NCBI GenBank assembly: GCA_048054495.1
Contig: JBGMQN010000071.1
Coordinates: forward strand, 9,632 to 73,631
Reading direction: 5' to 3'
Source: Anaerolineales bacterium
GTDB taxonomy: Bacteria > Chloroflexota > Anaerolineae > Anaerolineales > E44-bin32
DNA: 64,000 nt
How positions within the stretch are numbered: position 1 is the stretch's first letter; each line of letters begins with the position of its first letter. The position numbers and the translations under genes were made by a program. This document shows positions 8,570 to 17,752 of this stretch, one piece after another. The notes below the pieces were generated by a model. It saw only the letters and a list, made by a program, of their open reading frames with translations. It was not told the origin of the DNA and did not search any database.

Positions 8570-10051
8570 TTGCCAAAGGATGACGTGATGAAATCGATTG
8601 AAGAGCAAACCGTCAAGGCGCTTTCATGGCAGATGATCTACGGAAATTATCGCCCCAAGTTGGGTGCCGAAAGGTGGGAGCGACTAGAGCAGACGGTTGG
8701 AGCGCCGGACTTCAAGCAGATGGACTCCGATGAAGATACGCCCATGGGCCCCTTCAATGAGGCGGTCTTGTTCATCGATCGCGAGTTGGGAGATGGCGAC
8801 GGTTCGATGGTGGAAGAGATCACCGTGGCCTCCGTCGACCGCTGGGCCAGCATCTTCAGAAACCTGGTCAAACAGCTTCAAGGTCGGCCGCAGAAGATGA
8901 TGGAGATTTTCTGCACCGAGGTGCATCCTTACTTTTTGAACGATTTTGGCGCGAGCGAGATCGTTGAGTCCGCGCCGGATCACTTCGTGCTCAAATTGGA
9001 CAACGGTCTGCTGGAAGGGTTCAAGATCGGCTTGATCGAAGGGTTCTGCGATATCGTCGGAGCGGAGGCGGTTACCGAGCGGCGCAACGGCGAATACCGT
9101 GTCCGCTGGCACATCCGGGAGGAGACCCCGGAGCCTTCACTCTGGGCGTTATTTGTGAACGCTACACGACTGCCCTTCCTGACCGCGACCCTGGTACCGG
9201 TCTTGCTTGGAACGGTGATCGCCTGGAACGATGGGTTCTTCAGCTTCGGGCTGTTTCTGCTGGCTTTGTTTGGGGCCGCGTTCTTCCACCTCGGCACCAA
9301 CGTGATGAACGACTACTTCGATCATACGAGTGGGGCAGATGAGGCCAATCTGACGCCTACCCCCTTCGCGGGCGGATCGAGGCTGATCCAGCGTGGCCTG
9401 GTCAAACCCACAAGCCTCCGCAATCTGGCCTGGGGGCTCTATGCTGCCGGTACGGTCGTTGGGCTCATATTGCTGGCCCTGACCGGCCCAGAGCTGCTGA
9501 TATTCGGCCTGGCGGGTTTCCTGCTCGGTTTCTTGTATACCGCGCCCCCCATACGTCTCGTTCATTATGGGGTGGGCGAGATCGCCATTGGATTGGGCTT
9601 TGGCCCGGTCATGGTCTTGGGCGCCTACTGGGTGCAAACGCAGCAGCTGAGCACCGCGGCCCTGTACGCCTCGATACCGGTCGGAATCCTGATTGCAGCC
9701 GTGCTCTACATCAATGAGATCCCGGATCGCATGTGGGACGAGAAGGCCGGCAAACGTACGTTGATCACCCGCATGTCGACGGATGCAGCGGTAACCGGTT
9801 ATGCAGTACTGATCACGGCGGCCTACTTGACGATCGTTCTGGGGGCGGCACTGGGCATCATGCCGCTGGCCACGCTGATCGGGCTGCTCACAATCCCAAT
9901 GGCGTGGAGTGCGTTCAAGACCCTACGCAGGCATCACGGTTTCCCGTATCGGCTGATCCCTGCGAATGCCAACACCGTGTTCCTACACTTCTTTACCGGG
10001 CTGCTTCTGGCCGCCGGCTACTTTGTAGCGGGCCTGATCCCCAGTCTCTGA
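8570..10051 (+). CDS. UbiA-superfamily (MenA-like) prenyltransferase with a ~190-aa soluble N-terminal domain
   Basis: The C-terminal ~300 aa is polytopic, with NVMNDYFDHTSGAD and YINEIPDRMWDEKAGKRT Asp-rich motifs. The N-terminal part has no TM segment. The listed start is TTG, and ATG at 8588 is an alternative. Confidence 0.75.
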   Translation: MPKDDVMKSIEEQTVKALSWQMIYGNYRPKLGAERWERLEQTVGAPDFKQMDSDEDTPMGPFNEAVLFIDRELGDGDGSMVEEITVASVDRWASIFRNLVKQLQGRPQKMMEIFCTEVHPYFLNDFGASEIVESAPDHFVLKLDNGLLEGFKIGLIEGFCDIVGAEAVTERRNGEYRVRWHIREETPEPSLWALFVNATRLPFLTATLVPVLLGTVIAWNDGFFSFGLFLLALFGAAFFHLGTNVMNDYFDHTSGADEANLTPTPFAGGSRLIQRGLVKPTSLRNLAWGLYAAGTVVGLILLALTGPELLIFGLAGFLLGFLYTAPPIRLVHYGVGEIAIGLGFGPVMVLGAYWVQTQQLSTAALYASIPVGILIAAVLYINEIPDRMWDEKAGKRTLITRMSTDAAVTGYAVLITAAYLTIVLGAALGIMPLATLIGLLTIPMAWSAFKTLRRHHGFPYRLIPANANTVFLHFFTGLLLAAGYFVAGLIPSL

Positions 10052-10077
10052 GCAGGCCTACCGACCTCTAGACAACG

Positions 10078-10106
10078 AAAGTGGCGGCCACCGAGCCGCC
10101 ACTTTT
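10078..10106. terminator. Bidirectional rho-independent terminator between convergent genes
   Basis: aaaGTGGCGGC-caccga-GCCGCCACtttt: an 8-bp GC stem flanked by an A-run and a T-run. Confidence 0.75.
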
Positions 10107-10182
10107 CGAATCCAACCAGGAATATCAATAGCGTGACTGCGATCGCGGGGGTCCAGTTAGCAGATTTCGTGGGGGTCTCCAT

Positions 10183-10980
10183 TTACGTTCGTTCGAGCAC
10201 CCAGAAGTGGGAGAGGCCAAGCGCGCGCAGCGGAGTGCGCTCGAGAAATTGTAGCGCGGTCCGCAACGAGCGGCCGAGCGTGGGCCAGCGGGCGATGAGG
10301 TTGTCGTAGGCGCCGTAGATCACACTCCGTTGAGCAATGCGGACCGGCAGCCCTTCAAAAAGCCGCGCGAGATCGCGGCCGGTGTAGACGCGTACGTGGG
10401 GAGCAAGCCTGTTGCGCAGCGAGGTCGGAAGGTAGTTGACCAGCGGAATGTTGCCGTATCTGTACCTGCCCCGCCAATAAATCCCATGGGTCTCGAATGG
10501 GTAGCCCCGGTTGGGTACGAACAGCACGAGGCGCCCGCCCGGTGTCTCTTCCGAAGGGAGGCGCAGGGCGCGCACCATTTCTGTCACCGCAGCTCGATCG
10601 TCATCCACATGCTCGATGACTTCATGCGAGAGGATGAGATCAAACACCGAGTCCGGGAAGGGAAGCCGTTCGCCGCGAGTGGACAGGACCTCCAACGGGC
10701 GATCGCGAGCGTACAGCGCCTGCAACGATCGATCGCGCGACTCAAGCAGACGACCGCGAGCTTCAGTCGCGCGATCGATATCGAACTCCAGCCCGATGGC
10801 GCGCTCCGCGAGTGGAGTGAGCCGCTCCAGGTAAGCACCAATTCCGCAGCCGTTGTCGAGCACCCAGCCGCGCTCCCGGCCGGCGGCCGCCTCCAGGATC
10901 ATACGCAACCGGCGCTCTTGACCCGCCCTCCACACTAAGGAGGGCTGACCTAGCGCCGCAGCCTTCTCAAGATTTGTCAC
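10183..10980 (-). CDS. Class I SAM-dependent methyltransferase
   Basis: SAM-binding motif VLDNGCGIGAY and a downstream acidic loop (GLEFD). Layout is typical of Methyltransf_11. Confidence 0.8.
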   Translation of the reverse strand: MTNLEKAAALGQPSLVWRAGQERRLRMILEAAAGRERGWVLDNGCGIGAYLERLTPLAERAIGLEFDIDRATEARGRLLESRDRSLQALYARDRPLEVLSTRGERLPFPDSVFDLILSHEVIEHVDDDRAAVTEMVRALRLPSEETPGGRLVLFVPNRGYPFETHGIYWRGRYRYGNIPLVNYLPTSLRNRLAPHVRVYTGRDLARLFEGLPVRIAQRSVIYGAYDNLIARWPTLGRSLRTALQFLERTPLRALGLSHFWVLERT

Positions 10981-11113
10981 TTCGGGTGAATTCTAAGGGG
11001 AGCAGGCCGAACGAGTCCAGCGAGCAATAAGCTGTGCCCGGGCCTTCCCGAAGACCAAACCGAATTCTATGGAGCCCAGGGTGGGCTGTTCGATCCAGTG
11101 AGCCGGCTTAACT

Positions 11114-11923
11114 CTAAGGCGCCCAGGGTGGGTCGGTCCAACCGTTGAGCCAGTAGAAGAGCGTCGCTAGCCCTTCGCGAATGGCCGCGTGACTGGCCCG
11201 CAGGGCACCCGGGTGCGGGAGCAGGCCGCCTCGCTCCACGATGTGTCCCTCCGAATGCTGGCTAGATGGAGACGGTATTGGATCGAGCCCCTGCGCGCGC
11301 ATCGTGGCCAGTGCGCGCCGCATATGGATGGGAGAGGTGACCAGAATGAAGTCCTCTATCTCATTCGCCTCGAGCAGCTTGCTTAGCTGCTCCGCCTGCT
11401 CGAGTGTGTTGCCAGAGAGAGACTCCAAGCGGATCCGATCCGGCGCCACTCCCAGGTCCAGCAACTCCTGTTGCATGGGAATGCTCTCTGGCGTCAACGC
11501 CTCGAGCAGCTCGTCTGCACCGCCCGACACGATCACCGCGGGGTTATCGAGCAAGTCGTAGAGGCGCGCTCCCTCCAGCACGCGCAGCGCAGTGGCGCCG
11601 CTGAGTTCGTTGATCTCATTGCCGCCGGCGCGGAACGTGGCGCTTCCTCCTCCCAAGACAACAATGGCCTCCGCGCCTCCGGCTTCCTCGACGGTCCGAA
11701 TGGGCTGAGATCCGTCTCGCAATGCGCGCTCGAAGGTTCGGGCGGTCAAAGGCAAGCTGAGCAAGAAATAGAGCACTGCCAGAAAGGCCAGCAAGCTGCT
11801 GCCCCAGAGCCGTGTGTCGCGATGCGCAAAGAGCAGTACCACTCCCAGGAAAAACCCAATGAGCAGGAATTCAAATGAGCCCGGGATCAGGTAGGCCTTG
11901 AAGATTTCAAAGATGGCTTCCAT
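11114..11923 (-). CDS. YdcF/ElyC-like DUF218 membrane protein
   Basis: Two N-terminal TM helices followed by DUF218-like motifs (IVVLGGG, VIVSGG, ILVTSPIHMRRA). Confidence 0.7.
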   Translation of the reverse strand: MEAIFEIFKAYLIPGSFEFLLIGFFLGVVLLFAHRDTRLWGSSLLAFLAVLYFLLSLPLTARTFERALRDGSQPIRTVEEAGGAEAIVVLGGGSATFRAGGNEINELSGATALRVLEGARLYDLLDNPAVIVSGGADELLEALTPESIPMQQELLDLGVAPDRIRLESLSGNTLEQAEQLSKLLEANEIEDFILVTSPIHMRRALATMRAQGLDPIPSPSSQHSEGHIVERGGLLPHPGALRASHAAIREGLATLFYWLNGWTDPPWAP

Positions 11924-11954
11924 GCTGGTTATGCGATTCGAGTTAAGACCCGAT

Positions 11955-12446
11955 TCAACCGAGTGGAATCGTCAGCCGAGGAATGTACGGCGCCGTCTGA
12001 TCTTCAGGCGATCCGACATAGATGCGGATCGAGTCGACCTGAAATGCAAATGAAGGAGGGTCTGGGAGCGGGATCTGGGAAGGATCCTTGGCCCTTCCCA
12101 GGGTGAGATGCGGATGGTAATCGCCTCGCGCGTAGTCCGGGTAGGCCTCCGCCAGCGACCGGTAGAGCTCGATCAGCGGCTCGGGATCGGAGGGCTCGAG
12201 GAATACGACCTCGTCAAACTGCCCGTACCGTTCAAGGGTCACATCGAAAGGGGAGTGCTGGGCGCAAATCGGCCCAAGCACCTCGGCCGTCTCATCCGAC
12301 GTTTCGGCGGGTACAAAAGGGTAGAAGATCGTGAAATGCGCAGGCACCTTTGCGAACGAATCGGGGTCGTACTCCTCCCGCAAGGAATAGGCAAAGGCCT
12401 GCACCGGCTTTGGAGGGATGATGAGCAGTGCGCTCTCAAATTTCAC
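11955..12446 (-). CDS. 2H phosphoesterase superfamily protein (LigT-like)
   Basis: Two H-x-T/S-x motifs (HFTIF and HLTLG) at the spacing typical of 2',5' RNA ligase/cyclic phosphodiesterase proteins. Confidence 0.65.
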   Translation of the reverse strand: MKFESALLIIPPKPVQAFAYSLREEYDPDSFAKVPAHFTIFYPFVPAETSDETAEVLGPICAQHSPFDVTLERYGQFDEVVFLEPSDPEPLIELYRSLAEAYPDYARGDYHPHLTLGRAKDPSQIPLPDPPSFAFQVDSIRIYVGSPEDQTAPYIPRLTIPLG

Positions 12447-12514
12447 GGCGGGCTGAGTCTAGCATGTTTCCGCCTGGGGCTGCTGATAGTAAGTGAGAGC
12501 TATAATGCTCTGCT

Positions 12515-13159
12515 ATGAAATGCTGCCAGTGCGAGGGAATTGAACGTGAGTTCAATGCCGAAGACGTGGAAAACGAGATCCATGCATACCGCACGGAGGG
12601 TCCGGCCGAGACCACTCAGCTGCTGATCGATGCGCTCACCGAGCGGGGAGTGGAGGGATGCACATTGCTGGATATCGGCGGAGGAGTGGGAGCAATCCAA
12701 CACGCCCTGCTGAGCGCCGGGGCGAGCACCGCGACCGCGGTGGAGGCTTCTACTGCCTTTGCCGAGGCGGCGGAAGACCAGGCCCGTGAATTGGGCTGGA
12801 GTGAACAGGTAGCGGTCAGACACGGCGACTTCGTTGATTTGGCCGAATCCCTACCACCGCACGACGTCGTCACCCTCGACCGCGTGATCTGCTGCTACCA
12901 TGACATGAGATCGTTGGTGCGTCTCTCCGCGGCCCGTGCCAGCAAGCTGTATGGTGTGGTGTACCCGCGAGATGTGTGGTGGAACAAGATCGCACTGCGC
13001 TTCATGAATCTCTTCTTCTGGATCGGCCGCAGCCCGTTTCGGGTCTTCATACACTCCGATGCGGGGGTGCAGCGCATACTCGATCAGGTGGGCCTGGCGA
13101 GGGTCTACTATAAGAGGACGTTCATCTGGCAGGTCGTAGTCTACGCGCGCGCAAGCTAA
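12515..13159 (+). CDS. SAM-dependent methyltransferase
   Basis: LLDIGGGVGAI glycine-rich SAM motif. The N-terminus is Cys-rich (MKCCQCEG). Confidence 0.7.
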   Translation: MKCCQCEGIEREFNAEDVENEIHAYRTEGPAETTQLLIDALTERGVEGCTLLDIGGGVGAIQHALLSAGASTATAVEASTAFAEAAEDQARELGWSEQVAVRHGDFVDLAESLPPHDVVTLDRVICCYHDMRSLVRLSAARASKLYGVVYPRDVWWNKIALRFMNLFFWIGRSPFRVFIHSDAGVQRILDQVGLARVYYKRTFIWQVVVYARAS

Positions 13160-13296
13160 CGAAGACGGCATGAGCCAGCATGCCCTCCTGCGAACAGACA
13201 GCTGGTGGCCCGCAAGCTCGATTCAATTTCCGCTCGCAGAAGAGGGCGGTCGCGCGACTATATTGTGTAGCCCTCGCATGTAATGGAGCGGCTAAA

Positions 13297-15003
13297 TTAG
13301 GCGGAGGCGGACAATTGGTGAATGCCGGTAGCGCCGTCGGGGCGCACGGGATTCGACTCGAGGACCTGAGGTTCTCCTAACCCATCATAGGCCCGTACCT
13401 TGAAGACGTGCCTTCCGGTCTCGCGGGGCCAATCATATCGCCACTGGACCCAGGTGAGCGGACTTAGAGACGGAGCACGCAGATCGGCTTCCGCCCAGGG
13501 TCCGTCATCGACCTGCAGCTCAACCTTGCTAATCCCATTCGCGCCTGCATAGGCAATGCCGCCTACGGGGACCGTCCCCCTCTCCTCGTCCGTGGCTTCG
13601 GGGGCCACGTTATCGATCACCGAGGTCGTCCTGACGAAGGCCTCGGGGCTCCAACCCCGTTCGACCCAATAGCCTCGACCTTCGCGGTCCAGCACTTCCA
13701 TATTCACGATCCATTTGGGCTGCTTCATACCGTAGCGATGCGGAATAATGATTCGCAGCGGATACCCGTTTGCCTCTGGCAGGGGTGCGCCGTTCATGGC
13801 ATAGGCGAAAATCGTGCGGTCGCCCATGAGGTCCGACATCGGAACGCTCTCATAAAAGCCATCCGCAGCCTCGATGAAGAGCTCTTCTGCCGTAGAGTGC
13901 ATGCCCGCCAGTTCGAGTACGTCGCGAACGCGAACACCCGTCCATCGGGTCGTGCTGATCAGATCTCCGCCGATCCGATTCGATATGCAAGCAAGCGTGT
14001 GGTGGTAGCTGAGAGGGGGCATGGCCCGGATCTCGTCCAGCGTGAGGCTCAAGGGTCGATCCACGAGGCCCTTCAGCTCCAGTCGCCAGGTCTCCGGAAC
14101 CAAGCGCGGCTTACGGGTGTTGATGTCGATACGGTAGAAGTCTTGGTTGGGTGTGATCTCGAGTCGCGTGCCGGGCGCCGGGCTGATGCGGGCGGCGAGA
14201 GCCTCCGCCGAGGGTGAGTCGGCTAAGGTGCTGGTGTCCAGGATCTCAACTCTAACCGGCGCGGGCGGGTCTTCCTTTTCCAGGAGCGATGCCACTCCCC
14301 AGGAACCAACAGAAATGGTGACGACACCTCCGCCCAGCAGACCCACGAATTCGCGCCTTGATAGGCTGGAGCTTGGATCACCTGCTAGGGCGGGTCCTGC
14401 CCGCTGGATCAACCATCCAAGGCTCCATCCCCAGGACATATACAGAATCGCAAACCACAATCCGATCCACAGCACGTTCACCTGAGCGAATCCGACCGCG
14501 GCCGAAACCAGCCAAAACGCGCCAAACAACACCGCCCCGGCCCGCACTCCATAGCCCGTTAGCTGGCGAAGATCGTCCCTTCCCAGCCAGCGCAGCAAGA
14601 CTCCGAAGGCCCCGCCAATGGCCACAAACATGAGCAGGGCCATGCTCTGCTCAGCAGTCTTGGCCACCTCTGAGGTTGGGCCGATATTAAGCACGGTGAT
14701 CACCGAGACCAGCGCATCGATTCCGATCGTCAGAAGTGCGCCGGGCAGAATGCGAGCCATTCCGTCAAAGAGATCGAACGGAGTGAAGGGCAGACCGGCG
14801 ACGGTTTCGGCCAGGTAGCCCAACGCCAGGACCGGAATGCTGGTCAGCGTCCCTATAGCGGCGGCTTTGACATACGAGGTGCGAGTGGGTTCCAGCTCGC
14901 CTTCCGCATGATTTTCCTGGCTCATCCCGCTCTCTTCTTTATTTGCGCGTTCAAGATCGCGATCACTCATTTCTTTATCCATCTCAACCGATACTCTTGG
15001 CAA
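13297..15003 (-). CDS. Sulfite-oxidase-family molybdopterin oxidoreductase fused to an N-terminal polytopic membrane domain
   Basis: Moco-binding Cys context HTLACISNRIGG, the TTRWTGVRVRDVL motif and a C-terminal Ig-like dimerisation domain. The N-terminal ~230 aa contains several hydrophobic helices. The listed start is TTG, and ATG at 14982 is an alternative. Confidence 0.8.
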   Translation of the reverse strand: MPRVSVEMDKEMSDRDLERANKEESGMSQENHAEGELEPTRTSYVKAAAIGTLTSIPVLALGYLAETVAGLPFTPFDLFDGMARILPGALLTIGIDALVSVITVLNIGPTSEVAKTAEQSMALLMFVAIGGAFGVLLRWLGRDDLRQLTGYGVRAGAVLFGAFWLVSAAVGFAQVNVLWIGLWFAILYMSWGWSLGWLIQRAGPALAGDPSSSLSRREFVGLLGGGVVTISVGSWGVASLLEKEDPPAPVRVEILDTSTLADSPSAEALAARISPAPGTRLEITPNQDFYRIDINTRKPRLVPETWRLELKGLVDRPLSLTLDEIRAMPPLSYHHTLACISNRIGGDLISTTRWTGVRVRDVLELAGMHSTAEELFIEAADGFYESVPMSDLMGDRTIFAYAMNGAPLPEANGYPLRIIIPHRYGMKQPKWIVNMEVLDREGRGYWVERGWSPEAFVRTTSVIDNVAPEATDEERGTVPVGGIAYAGANGISKVELQVDDGPWAEADLRAPSLSPLTWVQWRYDWPRETGRHVFKVRAYDGLGEPQVLESNPVRPDGATGIHQLSASA

Positions 15004-15067
15004 TTTTAGTGAGCAAGCCTTAAGAGAGCATTATGAGCTCAAATCACCTTGTTATAATCGCCACCTT

Positions 15068-16327
15068 GTGACGAGCAGCCAGCGCCTTAGGAGGGTGCTG
15101 TGGTTTGTAGTCGGGGCGCTGGCGGCAGCGGCTCTCCTGCTGCTAGCCTACCAGATCCCTCCAGTGAAATTCCGGCTCGAATGGCGCCTGGATGCCGCCT
15201 CGGGGATCGTCCGAGGCTGGATCCGGCCTTACCAGACGCTACCCACCCCCGCCAGCGTGTCGATGAATTCTTTCCAGCCGCTGGTCTTGCCAACCCGCGC
15301 CGTGAGGTCCGCTGAGCCTGGGCAAGGCGAGATCCTTGCCACACCGGCTCCCTCGCCCACGGCGCTGCCGGCCGCCATCACTCTGCCGCCGCCGGAGTGG
15401 GAGGGCCAGGACTGGAACAACTGTGGGCCGGCCACACTGGCGCTGGGCCTGCGCTTTTACGGCTGGGAAGGGGATCAGTTCACGATCTCAGACCTGCTCA
15501 AGCCCGATCGAGGGGATAAGAACGTCAATATCGAAGAGCTGGTCTTCTATGTACGCACTCAAGCTGGTTGGCTGAACACCGATTTTCGCGTTGGCGGCAC
15601 CATCGAGCGGCTCAAGAGTTTCCTTGCCGCCGGATTTCCGGTGATCGTGGAAAAGGGGTTCATTCTGGGCGAGGGGGATGGCGGGGGCGGCTGGGCCGGC
15701 CACTATGTGCTGTTGACAGGCTACGATGATGAGACGCAGAGCTTTATCGCTCAGGACACGAATCCGGGCACGGGCGGGGCGGACCGCACGGTCTCATATG
15801 AAGAATTGGATGTTGGCTGGCGTCAATTTAACCGGGTCTACATGTATATCTACCCGCCACAGGATGAAGCCCGGATTCAATCCATCCTCGGCGAGGATGC
15901 GGATTTCGATCGCAATCGCGCCGCCGCACTCGAGACGGCTCAGGATGAGATCGAATCAGATCCGCAAGATCCCTACGGTTGGTTCAATTTGGGAACCAAC
16001 CTGGTCTTTTTCAAGCGTTACGGAGAGGCCTCACAGGCCTTCGACAATGCCCTGGCGCTCGGACTTCCCTGGCGATTCACCCGCTACCAGTTTGGACCGT
16101 ACATCGCCTATTTCAACCAGGGCCGGTTTCAAGACGTCGTTGACCTGGCGGATGCAACCCTTTTCCGGACTTACAAGGCCGAGGAATCCTTGCTCTGGCG
16201 TGGTTGGGCCAAATTCCGACTTGGAGATCTCAACAGTGCAGTCACCGACTGGCGCGAGGCTCTGGAATACAACCCGTATTATCAGGATGCACAGTACGCG
16301 CTGGAGTACGTCGGGTTGACTCCCTGA
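15068..16327 (+). CDS. Membrane-anchored peptidase C39-like domain protein with C-terminal TPR repeats
   Basis: N-terminal TM (VLWFVVGALAAAALLLLAY), a C39-like Cys context (WNNCGPATLALGL) with a later GHYVLLTGYD motif, and TPR-like repeats near the C-terminus. Confidence 0.7.
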   Translation: MTSSQRLRRVLWFVVGALAAAALLLLAYQIPPVKFRLEWRLDAASGIVRGWIRPYQTLPTPASVSMNSFQPLVLPTRAVRSAEPGQGEILATPAPSPTALPAAITLPPPEWEGQDWNNCGPATLALGLRFYGWEGDQFTISDLLKPDRGDKNVNIEELVFYVRTQAGWLNTDFRVGGTIERLKSFLAAGFPVIVEKGFILGEGDGGGGWAGHYVLLTGYDDETQSFIAQDTNPGTGGADRTVSYEELDVGWRQFNRVYMYIYPPQDEARIQSILGEDADFDRNRAAALETAQDEIESDPQDPYGWFNLGTNLVFFKRYGEASQAFDNALALGLPWRFTRYQFGPYIAYFNQGRFQDVVDLADATLFRTYKAEESLLWRGWAKFRLGDLNSAVTDWREALEYNPYYQDAQYALEYVGLTP

Positions 16328-16394
16328 TCCCGAACGAGGAGCTGCCTCGGTGCGGTATGATTGACCTGCATACGAAAGGGACCAAGGTGTACGA

Positions 16395-16889
16395 ATGCTT
16401 ATCAGCGACAAGATAAACCAGGCGATGAACGATCAAATCGGAAGCGAGCTTGGCGCTTCCAACCAATACCTGCAGCTTGCCTCATACTTCGCCGGCGAAG
16501 ATCTTCCAGAGTTGGAGGCCTTCTTCTTTCGCCAGTCAGATGAGGAACGCGCGCATGCCATGAAATTCGTGCATTACATACTGGATGCCGGGGGAAAGGT
16601 TAGGGTCCCCGCGCTAGAGGCAGCCCCACAGGACGTGGACTCCGCGGAACAGGCGGTCCAGATGGCGCTCGACTGGGAGAAGACCGTTACGGAGCAAATC
16701 AATAGCCTACAGGCATTGGCGACGCAGGAGGGGGATTATGCGGCTCAGGGATTCCTAAATTGGTTCTCTACCGAACAGATCGAGGAAGTCTCATCCATGA
16801 GCGAATTACTGCGCACGATACAGCGCGCGGGAGATCAGCTGCTGCTGGTCGAAGACTTTGTCTCGCGCCGCGGCGATCCGCACGCGTAA
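16395..16889 (+). CDS. ftn: Ferritin (non-heme)
   Basis: Ferritin-like four-helix pattern: NDQIGSELGASNQYLQLASYF, EERAHAMKFVHY and LALDWEKTVTEQI. Confidence 0.85.
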   Translation: MLISDKINQAMNDQIGSELGASNQYLQLASYFAGEDLPELEAFFFRQSDEERAHAMKFVHYILDAGGKVRVPALEAAPQDVDSAEQAVQMALDWEKTVTEQINSLQALATQEGDYAAQGFLNWFSTEQIEEVSSMSELLRTIQRAGDQLLLVEDFVSRRGDPHA

Positions 16890-16916
16890 ATTCGCTGCTT
16901 TGGCATTGCCTACGGT

Positions 16917-16951
16917 CCCGCCCACACTGACTTGTGGGCGGGTTCTGTTTT
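16917..16951 (+). terminator. Rho-independent terminator after ferritin
   Basis: CCCGCCCAC-actgactt-GTGGGCGGG followed by ttctgtttt. Confidence 0.75.
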
Positions 16952-17071
16952 CCGAAGACATAGAGGTAATAAAGGCTTAAGCTTTGAGAGTCAAACTTGG
17001 AATGGCGATCCGCGTGAAACCCAACAGCGCCGCTCCGCACAGCCCTCCATAAACCCATTCGAGAGAGAGAT

Positions 17072-17752
17072 TTGATCCCACAAAAGGACATCCTGGTCGT
17101 CGAGGACGAAGACAACATTCGAGAGGTTATTGGCCGATACCTGGAGCGCGAGGGCTTCAGTGTGCGCGAGGCGGCCGACGGATATGCCGCGCTGGATGCC
17201 ATTGAGCAGCAGGAGCCTGATCTGATCGTCATGGATCTCATGCTGCCGGGCATTGACGGCCTCACCCTCACGCGGCAGGTGCAGCAGCAATCCGGTATCC
17301 CGATCATTATTCTGACTGCGCGCGGAGACACAAGCGATCGGATCCGCGGCCTCGACTGGGGGGCAGACGACTATATTCCCAAGCCTTTCAGCCCCCGCGA
17401 GCTCGTGTCCAGGATTCATGCTGTGCTGCGAAGGGTAGGAGAGCCAACCGCCTCCGAGTTGACGTTTGGAGAAGTCACAATTGCCTACGAGTCAAGGCAG
17501 GTGCATAGGAACGGCGAACCGGTTTCGCTGACCGCCAGGGAATTCGACCTGCTGTGGTTCCTGGCCAGCCACCGCGGGCAGGTTTTCAGTCGCGAAAATC
17601 TGCTTGACAACGTCTGGGGCCTAGATTTTTCTGGGGATCCTTCCACGGTGACGGTGCACATGCGCCATCTGCGCGAGAAGGTAGAGCCGGAGCCCTCTTC
17701 ACCGCGGCACCTGATCACCGTGTGGGGGGTAGGCTATCGTTTTGAGAAGTGA
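17072..17752 (+). CDS. OmpR-family response regulator
   Basis: Receiver domain (ILVVEDE, DLIVMDLMLPG, KPF) plus a winged-helix output domain (LTAREFDLLWFL, GVGYRF). Confidence 0.92.
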   Translation: MIPQKDILVVEDEDNIREVIGRYLEREGFSVREAADGYAALDAIEQQEPDLIVMDLMLPGIDGLTLTRQVQQQSGIPIIILTARGDTSDRIRGLDWGADDYIPKPFSPRELVSRIHAVLRRVGEPTASELTFGEVTIAYESRQVHRNGEPVSLTAREFDLLWFLASHRGQVFSRENLLDNVWGLDFSGDPSTVTVHMRHLREKVEPEPSSPRHLITVWGVGYRFEK

